DNA of 63,790 nt, the filler included, from Choristocarpus tenellus KU-1152 (lineage: Eukaryota; Protista; Phaeophyceae), in assembly GCA_964200185.2 (NCBI GenBank). It is 11 parts of 11 records of this genome, joined end to end, with 100 filler letters (N's around TTAATTAATTAA, not from the genome) between each part and the next. Parts side by side here need not be neighbours in the genome. Positions count along the whole stretch, not along the records: positions 34,014 to 40,095 come from CAXNAD020008985.1; positions 40,196 to 44,711 come from CAXNAD020014200.1; positions 44,812 to 51,219 come from CAXNAD020008198.1; 8 more parts are not named here. One strand, 5' to 3'. Both the position numbers and the translations under genes were made by a program. The notes under the pieces are model-generated. The model had not been told where the DNA came from, searched no databases, and saw only the letters and a program-made list of their open reading frames with translations. Below, one piece after another: positions 35,047 to 48,300 of this stretch (its first letter is position 1; every line of letters starts with the position of its first letter).

Positions 35047-38000
35047 CCTGCGTACTGTATTATTGGTGCATTCTCATATTCAATATTCCTTCCATGTCGG
35101 TGGGGTTTACCTTTCGACGCATGTTCACAAATAGCAGTCTCCACGGAAAATGCTATACCGTTCTCATCACGACAACAGCGCTTCGCCCTTATCATCTCAC
35201 GTTTGCCTAGCTCACGCATGGACACGAACCTCGCACTCCCTACAGATCCCGTCATCATTGATCACATACTCTACCACTGTTTATACAACAACACCCTTGC
35301 TGTCATTGCAGATCGATACGTTATTAACCCTAAATCCTTCACATCCTCAACGCATATTCTTTCCCGGGTTCCTAACTGAACACGATCGCCCACCAGCTCA
35401 CAGACGAGATCAAGGAGCAGCACTTCGCAAGAATGTGCACTGATGTCCTCACTGGCGTCGATCTATCCATCCTCCGAGGGAAGACCCCCCAAGGCCATCG
35501 CTGGCGCGAAATTGTGGAAGTGGCTGCACATGTCTTCTCAGAGCAGGCAGCCAAAAACTACATACCAGCGCGCCGTCATTGTCGTATGTTTTCGGGACGG
35601 AGACATTTCCAGAGGAATGGGTAAGTCAAGCTTTGTCTGTGACGATTCACCCAACGTATACATGTATATGCATGTACCCCCTGCTGACCCTGCAACAGCT
35701 GCAATATTTACCGTCAAGTTCGTGCCTCACGAGGCAGACACCCATGTCAGGTATGTGATAAATTTACCATTCGACTATCCATGCGCTTCTCCATAACAGT
35801 CCTCGACCACTCCAAGCGGCGTCCGGAATAAACGACCGCCGGCCGACCCCGATCAAGGAAAGAAGAAGAGGACGCGAGGAAAGTGGAAGAAGAACAGACC
35901 AGGGGAAAGCAATAGACCCTGCGTCTGCCGCCCAGGTTGAGGAAGAATGGGCATCGCAACCGTGGAATATCAAAGGGCATACTTGACAAGAATGCACACC
36001 AAGGATGTCCTCATCAAAAGGGCTGTCCTGGAGGTCGCTGTGAAGGTCATGAACGACCTCAAGAGGAAAGACGAGCTCGGGATCGACCCCTACGCCAATG
36101 ACTCCTCAGCCGGATCTTTAGAAGAGCCTGCTCCAAAGAAACAATACATCCTGAGCGAAGAGGTACTCAAGGGAGTGTCAGGTTCATCCTCTCATCTGTC
36201 CACCGTATTCGAGTTCGTAACCTCACAATAAACGCCCTGATTGCGCACATTGAATTTGCCCCATATATTCCACAGGGTGAAAAGGGACCTCGTGTTGTGA
36301 GAGGATGTGGAGGAGGGTACAGTCTACCTGGACATCGTCAAATACTCAGAGGGCATTACCTTGAACACCAGTGGCGAACACGCAGGCAAGCAATTACATC
36401 ATTGTACAACATCGCCATGCATGAACATCACACATCGTTCCCTACACCAAACGCACTGCCTCGACTCTCACAGATCTTACCGACGTTGGACAATTTCACA
36501 CTGTATACTGACGCAGGGTTCTCGAGTTTTATATATGTTCCGAAGATGCTCATCGAACAGATTTATTCATACTTTCGCTGGGTTGTGTCGATCAACACAA
36601 CCCAGCACAGACAAGGAAATTATGTCGCGGTTCATATCCTGTAGTTATAAGCCTATGTTATAAGCCCTACTTGTCTTCCTGATTTATGGACTCAAAGAAT
36701 CCGCCCAGGTATGGCAAACCGCACGTACTCCTTCCCTTCCATCTTTTCCTCCGCCTTTGCCTCGTCCTCTGTATCTTCCTTTGCTTACTCCTTTTCACCA
36801 ATCTCTGCCTCATCCTTTGCCTCCTAACCCTAACCCTCCTTCCTGTTGTTTTGCCTCCTAATTCGCCTCGTCCTTTGCCTACTCGTCCATTATTACAGAG
36901 ATAACATGACTCATAAACATAGTGATCACGCCAGAGAAAAACGCCACGTTCGAGCACGACCTTGACAAGTTCAAGTCCGAAATGAGCACCGCCCACGAGA
37001 GAGCAATCGCCCTTCTCCAGACCCGACTAGGAGGCATCGTAAGCACATGCACCGCCCTCAGGGACATCCACGATCCGGATCGTATCCAACTCCTCATCGA
37101 TGAACTCTCCACCTTCCGCAATTTTGTGTTGATGAAGACACCAATAGCTGGTGGCGTATCCACGCCTATACCTTGTGGAGGACCCGACCCACTAGGTGAT
37201 GAAGAGGCACAGGAGACGCCATTGCCTAACCCTACAGTAGGTGCGGGAAGCAGGACACTCCATGGCGGAAGGCATCCAACCACAACCTCGGAACACGACT
37301 CTGAAGGCGATGGGGACCAGCCTGATTGTAGCACTTTGTCATATCCAGAGGAAGATGTCCAGGAGGACGTGGGGAGGGTGCTAGGCACGGACTCAGAGTC
37401 CATGCCTGTCAGAGGAGTGACCCCGGAATGTCCCCAAACGTCCATGCAGTAGGCAGCGGCAGCGACGAGTCTGTTGATCATGATCCAAAGAGTAGAGGGA
37501 ACAGGAATGACGATACTGTGGAGCGAAGGGTTGATTTGACATTATCAGGTTCCTCATATATGGACAAGCCTTCCGCAAAAGGAAAAGGGAAGGCCAAAAC
37601 GAAGGTCATTAGTAAGAAGAGGTAAGGAGAAGGTGCTGGACTGATCAGATCATTCAAACAGTCTCGTGGAAATGACGGACGCAATTTAGAACCTAGATTT
37701 TTTGCGGGCGTCTTTGCTTCTACCAGAAAGGGCGGAGAACGCGGAAAATGCAGCACCATCTACTACAAGTCATGAGGATGACGACGAAACGTCCGCGCAT
37801 GGTGATGACGACGTCGTGACACAGGACGCGGTCAACTCCGGCGATTCATGCGTCATGGGGATCACCGAAGCCTTCATGGAGGCATGTGTTACCGAGCTCC
37901 TATGATCGGCAACAAAACCCGCTTCGTCGCAGTACCAACTTCAAACCCAAATCCTTACCCAGGTCATATACGACCATGGGTTCAGGCTCGGCCGGAGCCC

Positions 38001-39079
38001 ACACAGCTAATACTCAGCGGTCGTGGAGGGAAGCCCAGGAGCACGTTGCATCCCGAGCATGTGGAAGCACTCCATGAAAGGAAGGCCATCTTCATGAGCC
38101 TTGTGAAGCCCGGACAGTGGAACCACAGATACTCCACGCGCCTAAATCTCTGGCGCCTTCTATCCGAGGCATACCCGAAGCTTGTAGAGTGGTGGGAGAA
38201 GGGTGAGGAACGACATTCGACTCCGCCCACCAATTGAAATAGGGCTTCAGTGGTTTCAGTTTTTTGTTGAAGTATGGGTCGAGTTACTTGTGTCTGATTC
38301 GTGCATCAGCGTACCTTGCCTTGATGTACGGCTACCATGTTCATGCAGTTTCCATCCGATGGGTTATGCATTTACACAGTGGTATCAGGTACATTGCTAC
38401 AGAAAGAGGTGTCAGAGTATCATATATGATGCTCATCTTGAGGATTGGACCTGTGTTCTTATTTGGTTAAACAGAGCGTGTCCAATCCAAGGTTCAGACT
38501 ACTAGAATATATAGAACATTTTATAAACAACTCTTCTCATCTTTCCACTAAGTTTCCAATCAATTCGCCAAGGCCTGCAATGGATACGTTGTCTTCTTAC
38601 CAGTCGCTAATTATTTCCTGAACCCTACTACCTAGCTCCCACCTGCTTCTCAATAATACTCTGTGCACCATCTCATGCTTTGTCCAAGCGTCGACAAACA
38701 AGAGTCGACCTCGTGCCATAAACTCGACGAATAGCCTGGATCGCCACCCCCACACACCAACACTAACCATTACCTTACCCTAACACTTACACTGAGCCCA
38801 TCTGCATCCCATGGCAACCTAAAAGACAAGCGTCTTACCTGAACTACGTACCGGTGCCGCCATCAACCCTACTTACACCAAACCAACCCTAGCTCATCAG
38901 GGTTTATTCAACCCACTAACCCTAACCCCGAATCAAGGGAAGCATATCTTAAGATACTTCCGGCGAAACGTACGACAATAGACCTTGACCAATAACCCTT
39001 TGTGAACACGTCCAGAATCCGTCGACACACTATATCAAAGAAAAACTACACTAACCCGAAAGCAAAACCTGATCCTTTT

Positions 39080-39660
39080 CCCTTCCTTCATGCCAACAAC
39101 TTTAACCCTAACACCCTGACCGACAATCCCGTCTGTGTACATACTAAATTCGACACATGCAAGCAAATAAACGAAATACTAAATTTGAAACAGTCTACAG
39201 AATATTTTTTAGTTCCTCGTGCACAAACCGGGACAACGGGCCCTAACTGACAGTCCTCTTTGTGTACATACCAGAAACGACTCATGAAAGCAAATAAATG
39301 AAAAACTAACCTAGAAACAGTCCATGGTCTTTTTTTCAATTCCTCGTGCTAACACTGGGACAACACGCTCTAACCGACAGCCCTCTTTATGTGCTAACCA
39401 AATCTCACTCATGCAACCGAACAAACCAATAGCTAACCCTGAAACAACCAGTGAAATGTCTCTCATTCTTCATCCTTACTATACGACCAACATATACCAA
39501 CCAATAAGCCTGTTTGATACACATTCGAAATCCGACACATGTAAACGTCGAAACTCCTAACCAAGCCCAAATAAATGGTGGCATATATTCCCATTCCTCG
39601 TGCGTACGCAAGGACGGAAGGGAACCTAACACAGTCTTCTTTTTTTTGCCCACATTTCAA
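39080..39660. repeat. Degenerate tandem array, ~127-bp unit x~4-5
   Basis: TTCCTCGTGC at ~39213, 39340 and 39594, with recurring CTAAC.GACAG..CTCTTT.TGT. Confidence 0.65.
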
Positions 39661-41917
39661 GTTCGACCCATACAACCAAATCACACCAAAACGTGAAGTC
39701 GAAAAAAGGGTCAAAAACGGACGCCGGCACCCCCTCCCCAGATATTTTGATCCCGGTGCTTAGGGGAGTGGCTTAACGTAGTGCTCCCTCTCTGAGCCCG
39801 TAAAAAACTCAACCGAAGTCCCCATTCTCTACACTCTCCAGTGGTTTACATTTTAGGGAGGTTCAGCTCATGTCGATGGGGAGGGACCCTGATCACTACA
39901 GAGAAATGCCTCCTCAGCCCCAAGGGGTACAGACTCCCCCTGCCCTTACCCTTCCCCCTCACTGACGATAAACAAGACAATCGGAGTAGAGTCAGAAGTG
40001 CTTCCCTCCTGTTGTGTCAATGTCTCTTATATGAGTTGTTTGTTGTTGTTACTCCAGTACTTCTCACTATATTGACCCAAAGTATCTGAGGGGGGNNNNN
40101 NNNNNNNNNNNNNNNNNNNNNNNNNNNNNNNNNNNNNNNTTAATTAATTAANNNNNNNNNNNNNNNNNNNNNNNNNNNNNNNNNNNNNNNNNNNNGTACC
40201 ACGGTATAACGGTATATGGCATACGGCAATAACGGTATAATAACAGACAAACATGCTTTCCGCATTATTTGGAGATTTATTAAAATAAAACCAAAGAAAA
40301 CACATTTTGTAGAAAATGTTACCAAAAAATTAAACTTACGTATTCTAGTTTTCAAATGGTAAATATACTCTCCTGTATTTTTGAGAGAGGTAAGTTCTCA
40401 TTGAAACAACTGATAAACTACCATTTGTATATAGCAGCAATCCGTGTAATAGAATTTTGATTTTCCCTGACACACTTGCTAAATGTTAGAAGGCATAAAA
40501 ATGTCCTGACTTGACTACCACTGTTTAGGGGCCTGGTTCTGTGTGATGGGAGGTGATGAGAACCACCAGAGATGAGGTTCAGAAAGGAAGTGAGAGATGA
40601 GACTGAGGCATGCTGAGTGTATGTTGACAGCCTCAGAGTGCCATGTGTAGAACAATCTTCACCACGATTGGTTGTGACCAGTCAGAACAGAAAAATACAA
40701 TCTTGGGCTTTGCTGGTTTGAATCCACTGTTCATGTCGGGGTTACCGAGCCAGTCGTATGTCTGACCCACATCATAATATCACTTGGCGTGGTTTCAATG
40801 ACAAAAGGTGACGCGTGCAAACGTGTATGACCGCACGTACGTACGTACTATATTCATCATTGTCGAGATATTCCAAAAAAGGCGACCTGTTCCTGACATA
40901 AATTGTAGCAGGTTTTCTTCTTTTTTTCCTCGGACACTTTTCCAAAAGGGAAAGTTTATGAAGTAATCTGAATTTGTGGGCGAAAGAATTCTGGTTGGTT
41001 GGGGGCACAAGGCAAGGAAGGAGCAGAGAGAAGAACAAAAAGTATGCAAGAAAGGAATGAATAGTTAAGGATTGACTGGCTAAGAGAGGGAGGAGAGAAG
41101 TTAAAGAAAGGAGTGGTGGGTGGAAGGAGAGGGGAGAAAGAAATGGTCAGTATTGAAAAGATTGCTGAAAACTAAGGGTATAGGAAGAGAAGGGCGAGAA
41201 TAAGACAACTTCCGAGCAAACTTTCCCGCCCACCTGCCCGGTCGCTTGCTCATAACCAATAGGGATGCGGGGAGGGAGGGGAGGTCAAGTTCGGGCGGGG
41301 TAGATGTCATCTAGTTCAAAGGCACGGTATGAAGTGGATGATGAAGGGGTGTACGGAAACGAAGAACACCCAAAAAACCTTCGCCTTCAGCAGGGTCCCT
41401 CGCCACCTGGGGGGCATTTCGACTCGCGGCGCAGCGCACCTTGCCCAGTGTGCTTCGCGCACAGTCAATTCTAATTAAGTATATCGAAATTTTGCGACCC
41501 AGTTTAACTCATGAATTCTTTTCAATTCGCAACACTAATAAATTGATAGTCAAGGTAGGAGCGTACATCTGCAACTGTAAGTTCTGTGAGGATGTTTAAC
41601 CTTGAAAGACGTGGCCAACAGAGAATTCAAAAAATAGTAAGGGCATCACAGACCAGGACCCTAATCAATACTGAGCCAACCATTCCCTAATCAATCATTT
41701 TACTCCAGAGTATTCGGCAAAAATAGTTGGAGTACACAGGTGGAAGGGAAGGGGAAGGTTGTCTGGCTTGAGGGGACTGAGTCCAATTCAGTAGAGGCTA
41801 CGGACAGACTGACTCGTATACTAGACGTAAACCTAAATTTCCCATATATTCTCTGTCAGGGTACACAGCATGAAAGGTTTTCATACGATAGCTGAGGCGT
41901 TTGCATTATTTGATGTT

Positions 41918-43480
41918 TGGTGGTCCTTGACAGGACCTATGCTCACTCCTTACACAAGTAACAGAGTTGCAAGCCCCAACATGGAGTGGAGTACTTACAA
42001 GCCATCATAGATCAGTTCCTGTGGTTGAACTGTATATAATTCAATTGAATTCTCGAGATCTGACCATAGGATCGAGCACGGACCTAGAATTGGCTAGGGA
42101 AGGCCAACACATGATCACGGGACCTTGCTAGAGCTTGGAGTGCATACAACCGGACAGAAACACGCAGAATGACTGGATTGAAGGGGTCTAATATGTCGAG
42201 GAATGAAGGAGATGGACTTGGCGCAGCCTGGGGGGGCTTGCGTGGGACCGATTGGTCTAAGCTGCAGATTGCATACCATATTCAACCTCTACAAGTCGAG
42301 AGACTGGCAGAGAAGGAGGTGAGGGAGTTTCTGACAGATCGACAGGAATACGAGATGGGTGTTAAGGTGCAGCACTCAAAAGGAGGTGTGCACATTGCAC
42401 TTAGGGCGCTTTCTGAGTCCCTAACCAGGGCGAACTCGAAAGTAATTGGCCTGCAGCAACGGAGGAGCAACTCCTAAAGGCGCTCAAGAAGGTGGCGCGA
42501 GTCGATGACGAAGACCAAACCTTTGGCATTGGGCAAGTCCAAGGGGATTTACGGAGGGTGGCCCGAATGAGAAATGAAGGGTCCGCCGCTGTTAGAGTCA
42601 TGGGAGTGATCCAGGACATCGAGGGCTATCCTGAAGATAGTAATCTGGATGGCGCTTTCCGACAGAATGCTGGACAAGCAGGGGAAGCTTGGAAGGTAGG
42701 GCTGGGGAAGGTACTCTCGGAGGCCTTTATTGCAGGGCTCAAACCCCCTGCGTTTAAGGCCGAAATTTCCAAGTATGTAGCATGGGACCCTGAGCTCAAA
42801 ACGAATCCAGACCAGATCGTTGAGCTAGTAAAGGAGCAAGTCGAAAAGAGTGAAAGTATCTTAGAGGGTACTAGTTTTGCCCTGTTTGTCCATTTGGGAC
42901 TTGGCTTCCCGTGGGTTTTTTAATGACATTTTCCTACTCCAAAATGTTTTGGAGTAGGTAAATTGTATACATAATGAAAAGGTGTGTCCAGAACATGGAT
43001 ATTGACATTTCCTAACAAACACAATACCAAAAATTACATCAAAATCACAACACTAGATTTTGACCCCCAAATGGACGCGGCTCTACCCTCTAAGATACTT
43101 TGGCTCAAAATGGAGGACTTATGAGAGGGCCCAAGCATACGAAACGAAACGAAACGAACCAAGCAAGGTGAATCTGGTGGCAAACACCACGAGGGGAAGC
43201 TTAAGTTTGGGGTGAAGATAGGCAAGCCAGGGGGAGGCACACATCTAGTACAGGATTGAGTGTGAGGAAGGACAAGTTTCAAGGGACTTGTGATGCATAT
43301 TGGGAAGTTGGGCATAAACATGCTCAATGCCAGAGCTTGCTGGTTGGAGTCCGGAAGAAGCAGTAGCATCGGCAGCAGGGGCACCCACAGCATCGTGGTA
43401 GAGGTACAGACCCTGGGAGGGGATCTGGGTCAGGGCAAAGACAACAACCAAGGGGTGCCAGACAGCAACCCTCAAGTGTA
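41918..43480 (+). mobile_element. Degenerate LTR retrotransposon gag (probably Ty3/gypsy), interrupted by MITE A
   Basis: PBS-like TGGTGGTCCTTG at 41918. Frameshifted gag ORFs 42169-42477 and 42492-42847 (FIAGLKPPAFKAEI). Degenerate zinc knuckle CDAYWEVGHKHAQC at 43289-43330. Confidence 0.65.
42848..43106. mobile_element. MITE family A, full copy with best-preserved TIRs
   Basis: GAGTGAAAGTATCTTAGAGGGTA ... TACCCTCTAAGATACTTTGGCTC; A-run TSD (AAA or AAAA). Confidence 0.93.
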
Positions 43481-43815
43481 GGGGGAGGGAAAGGCCATCT
43501 AGGTGTAGCCCAAGGCACAAGGAGCCAGCAAGGGCTAGTTCCCCAGCCTGATACTGAGTTTTGGCAAGGCACTGGTGGTGGGAGCACGAGCGGCAGGGCA
43601 GTGAGGGTCAATGAGATGATTCCTGATCATGTGGATCATGGGATGCCTCTGCTACCGCCAAGCCCGGATCCCAGTATTAATCCTTGTGAAGAATATGCTT
43701 TTTATTCATGTGTAAAGAGATGATTTTGTAGGAGAAACATTGAGTTGTTGAGCTATTGTTGGATAACGGGAAAATTGATTGTAATGTCTTTGTTGGGTAA
43801 CTACGACAATATTAT

Positions 43816-43997
43816 GACCCAAAGTATCTGGGAGGGGAGGGGGGTTCTACACCAGGGTGTCCATATATATGGCCCAAAACCAGGAAAAGTGCACTTACAT
43901 TATCCATCCGACGTATGTATCATTTGACCCAAAAACCGCGACATGAAAAAATTGAACCCAAATGGACAGCCGCCACCCCCCCTAGATACTTTGAACC
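43816..43997. mobile_element. MITE family C (~180 bp), full copy
   Basis: GACCCAAAGTATCTGGG ... CCTAGATACTTTGAACC; TSD TAT/TAT. Confidence 0.85.
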
Positions 43998-44080
43998 TAT
44001 CCGTTAATATAACAAGAATCCTAGAAAAGGAATGTTGTAGCAAGTAACACAGATTTAAAGACGAGTTATTAGTGATCAGG

Positions 44081-44260
44081 GACCCAAAGTATCTGGGGGG
44101 GGGAGGGGGGGTCTACACCAGAGTGTCCATTTGGACAAAACCAGGAAAAGTGCACTTTCATTTATCCATCCAACGTATGGAAACAAATCACCCAAAAATC
44201 ACGACATGAAAAAATTGACCCCAAATAGACAGCCGCCACCCCCCCCAGATACTTTGATCC
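44081..44260. mobile_element. MITE family C, full copy
   Basis: GACCCAAAGTATCTGGGG ... CCCAGATACTTTGATCC; TSD AGG/AGG. Confidence 0.85.
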
Positions 44261-44956
44261 AGGGATAAGTGAAAGGTTTATCACCCCCCACGCTTGAATG
44301 GTGTCTCTCACTCCAATTTTCTACCTACTAGAACATAACTGAGAAGTAATTAATCTACATATTTTAATATCAAGACTTGGGATTCTACACATTCTTTAAC
44401 ATGCTCGCTAGCATACATTAAAGTGTGCTGATATCTCGAGAAAGCTAGTGGTAGAGGGGTTAGACGGAGTCCTGATGGCCTCTACTATTGGTAACGTGAA
44501 CATGGAGGATGAAGATGTTGGTTGGGATTTTATACATTCTTTAATAATCCTTATGCAGACCATAGTGGCCTGCAGGAAACCCAGGGCACTCATGAGGATG
44601 TGTCCCTGGCTACGGAAGGGGTGGGTGTGGAAAGGTTGAGCTACCATGGTAGAACAGATGCAACACCAGTGGGGTCAACATGCACAGGAAGTTGTCTTTT
44701 AGTATGAAAGGNNNNNNNNNNNNNNNNNNNNNNNNNNNNNNNNNNNNNNNNNNNNTTAATTAATTAANNNNNNNNNNNNNNNNNNNNNNNNNNNNNNNNN
44801 NNNNNNNNNNNGCCTTGTCTTGTTGACACTTTAAGCCTCTTGCCAATTGTTATACGTGCGACTGGGATATAGATACCCCCCTGCCCCCCCCCCCCGCTTT
44901 CCCCCGCGTTCCCACACCCTACCCACTTGCCCTACAATGTCAATGTGTGAGGCAAG

Positions 44957-45580
44957 GTGGGAGAGGAGTGGTGAAGGACGTGCACGCTTGTATGTTCCTG
45001 CAATAGGTGCTTTCCTGGGTGCGCCAACGATAGCATTGGTTCTGCTGGTACCTGGGTTCTATTCATCAATGTTCTTCCTGTTTGTGGAGTACCTTGTCGC
45101 AGAGTCCTGGTTCGGTCCAGCCATCTCGGTCCTACAGAATGCGCTGCCTCCTCGTGCCCGGTAAGCGGTTCAAAACCACTCCACAGTTGTGTAGGGGAGT
45201 ATTTGTACTAGTAAATAGTGATAATGTAGGTGAATTTTGAATTATGTGCTTTCAAGTCTGATGTTTGTTGACACTTCTGTGTGTACCTCGTGGTGCGATA
45301 ATAAGATACAAAAAACAAAAAAAATTACGGGTTGATTTTTCGTTTTGATTTTTGTAATTCTATATATACAGCAGTAGTACACTTGTGTTTGTTTCTTTTA
45401 AAATTGAGAACAGGTGGTGAAGCAACCTTTGACAAGTGTCTGAGTCGATCGCCCTGCATGCTTTCTCGCAGGGGAGTGGGTGTGGGTACCTACAGCTTTC
45501 TTACAACTGTGGCTGGGTCGTTCATCACATACCTGCTGGGAGTGATCCTGGACATATACACCAGTGATGAGGCGTTGACG
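44957..45580 (+). CDS. Two internal exons (44957-45160, 45472-45580) of an MFS transporter, Spinster-like, C-terminal half
   Basis: Phase-compatible exons encode TM helices RLYVPAIGAFLGAPTIALVLL...EYLVAESWFGPAISVLQNALPPRAR|GVGVGTYSFLTTVAGSFITYLLGVILD, typical of MFS TM9-11. Confidence 0.8.
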
Positions 45581-47899
45581 GTCAGTTCAGTCTGTCATCT
45601 TTTTTTTTTTACTTGTCTCCCTGCTACATGTCATATTCACACAGTCGAACAGACACGCATACCCCCTCTCCATGAACTCCCTCTGATGTCCCCCATCCGT
45701 AATATATATATATATATACACACATTGTGAAGTATTCACACTGCATGCAGTTGGTAAGAATTTGAATGTGTCTTAGTTTGCCCTGCTGTAGTGGACTGTA
45801 GTCGAGGTGCGGGGGGTATTGTCTTGAGTAGCAGATAGTAGCAGATATTGCATAATATTAATCATTTGCCGTAGGTAGGACTATGAATTGTGATGAAGTA
45901 TCAATGATGGTGTTGTGTTATTAGTGTTACTAGTATAGATCCAGAGAGAGACTCCAGACAATCTGTATTGGTCGTTGCATTGTCAGTATGAGAGATCCCA
46001 GTCCTATGTTTAAAGATGTCAGGGAGAAAAGAAAGGAGCATGAGAAGTCCTCCAGACCTAGAGCCTTGCTTTTGTGTAAAAAGGCAGTGGTATGATTTTC
46101 AACTTCTGAGTGCACAGGGTACAAAAGGTGTGTTTGGGTGTTGTCAAATGGAGGTCAATCAACAATCTATGCAAGTTGCTTCTTTCTGGAAATGTTTGTG
46201 GACAATTTGCATGGTCCTGCTGGTGTTGGATCTGATGTCTTCTTTGCTCAAGTAGTGTATTTTTTTTTAAGGTTTCAAAAAATAAACTGAGCTATCGTTT
46301 GAAAGAATAAGAGATTCAAAGCGCAAATTCACGAGCATTTTTCTTTTTTGCTGCTGGCAAATCGTCCACGTTTCAAGAAAACCTTCAAACATCAGGATAA
46401 TATTGTATAAGCTTCAATACACCCTTCTTTTTCTATGCAGACTGTGCTGCTGATTACAACAGTGAGCTGCTACATTTTGAGCTCTTTCATCTTTTACCTT
46501 GCATCGAGGCACATGGAGGGAGGACCTGCTGTGCCAGGAGCAAGGTTCCAGGGGAAGGAAGAGGTGAGTGCCCAGGAGCACCTCTGGAGAGGCTCTGGAA
46601 CTGCGTGATTCATGCTTAAGTACTTGGAGTACCATGAAGCTGCGCAAGTATTGTTTACAGTTGTAATAATAATCATTGAGATCTTCACCTAAGCACATGG
46701 TCTTTTTACACTGCCCCATGTAACCCTATGAAGTTATATGCATGATTCATCAGAAAAAATCGCTTCACAAATATAAAATATCAGGAGGGTCAAGATTTGC
46801 TCTCTTTTTTGTTCCCTGGTACACTTACAGAGGATCTCTTTGAGCGCTGTGATAAATGCCCAAATCTCAAGTATCAGCATGACATGAAAGTTGGAGTTTT
46901 CATATTATTTGTTGCATACACCTATATACTGCAGCTAACCCCAGTCCTTTGGCCTGAGTTTATGTGTATGTGTATGCGTGCTCAAGTACTTTGTACATAC
47001 CATGGGAAGAGGTGGTGACATATTTTGTTGTTTGGGTTCCATTTGCAATGAAGTTAGCTTTGCTCAGCTGACATGTCACCTTAGCGGCGTATATATTGCT
47101 TTTATCAGATCATCTTTAGTTTATGTCCCGTTCCTATGTTTGTGCCACATGAATTGTATTCTGCCTTGCGTTGAGGAGTATACGACACAGTAGCAACTAG
47201 TTTAATTCATTTCCAAGTATGCAGACTAATTGTTTTTTCACTCAGTTTATGCATTTTATATTCGCAATTTTTTTTTTTAATCCTGTTTTTGTTTTGGTGA
47301 CTTTTTGTCATCCTCTTTTTCCCACACTTGTGGTAGTCACTAGAACAGGGGCGGTTACGGACACAAATCACAGCTAGACTATTGTGGTGGAAATTGAATT
47401 TGGGGAATTATGGTCTGTCGCCCCCTGCCCCCTCCCACCCCACACCCACACCCACACCCACACCCACACCCACACACAAAATCCCAACAAAAACGGATCA
47501 CAAGGCTAATTTAACATGATTGAAAATCCGAATCTTGAAACAGACACGTCCACTTCTTGCCAAGGCAATTGGGGACGGTGATGGGCTGGAACCTTATGGT
47601 ATTGATGTCATTAATGAGGCAGGCACTGGGGTTTCAGGGTCCAATAGCGTTACTCGTCGCTGGGGCACAGGGTCAAGTTCATCATGAGACAGCTGAATGT
47701 GATCAGGGTGACTGGGATCTGGAAGACTGAGTGGCAATAAAGTGCGGATGTGGTTATGCCAAGAGCTGAAACAATAGATGAGGGGTTATGGGGTGACTGC
47801 ATTGTTTGACTCCATTTCATTGATGGGTCATTTTGTTGATGTAGGTGGTGCATGTTGTAGCGTCTCCCCGAGCTCTATGTTGGTCATCTATTGTGAAAA

Positions 47900-48300
47900 A
47901 TGTTATTCTTTTGTAGTACAGGATGTGATACATGGTGGTTTTATGGTACTGACTCTCATGGAGATGGTTATCCTTGCCCTCCTCATCTCTAGTCTGTATT
48001 CATTTCTTTAGTGGGTAGATATTGCATGAGGATGGTCGCCATTTGAGCCAGCTAGGACAGACAGGTGATGTGGTCTATGTATATTTGCACATCATTATAT
48101 GGATGGGATCATTCTTAAGGGGCTAGGTAGATCCGGTAGCTGGAAACAGAAAACTTCAGTCGTTCCTACAATAGGGCCAATACCCATTACCAGTTGCCAC
48201 TCCTCAGCATGGTGGGTGCAGGGAGTTGTAGAGTATGGAAAATATGTTATCTGTCCTAGTCCTTCATGTCTTGCCAGTCGGAAGTTGAAAAGGACATTTG
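47900..48300 (-). mobile_element. Highly decayed copia-like integrase C-terminal region
   Basis: Stop-riddled PTMLRSGNW*WVLAL...SHPY...YLPTKE resembles the copia RxMLxxSxLxxxxWxxA...TPxE block. Weak. Confidence 0.3.

Larger units (their letters stand above)
34038..39753 (+). mobile_element. Large unclassified repeat element with a decayed spliced gene, tandem arrays on both sides and a MITE-C-like terminus
   Basis: A second copy lies at 15462-16846. Exon-like segments with frameshifts or stops at 35310-38237. Ends ...CCCCAGATATTTTGATCC. Boundaries are uncertain. Confidence 0.5.

Noticed and set aside
40196-40241. Repeated ACGGTAT motifs resembling hAT subterminal repeats
   Set aside because: Truncated by the contig start, with no TIR or TSD visible.
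41351-41419. Topoisomerase-type Zn ribbon-like KCP...RRFFGCSSFP on the minus strand
   Set aside because: It needs two frameshifts, lacks two of four cysteines and has no supporting context, so it could be chance.
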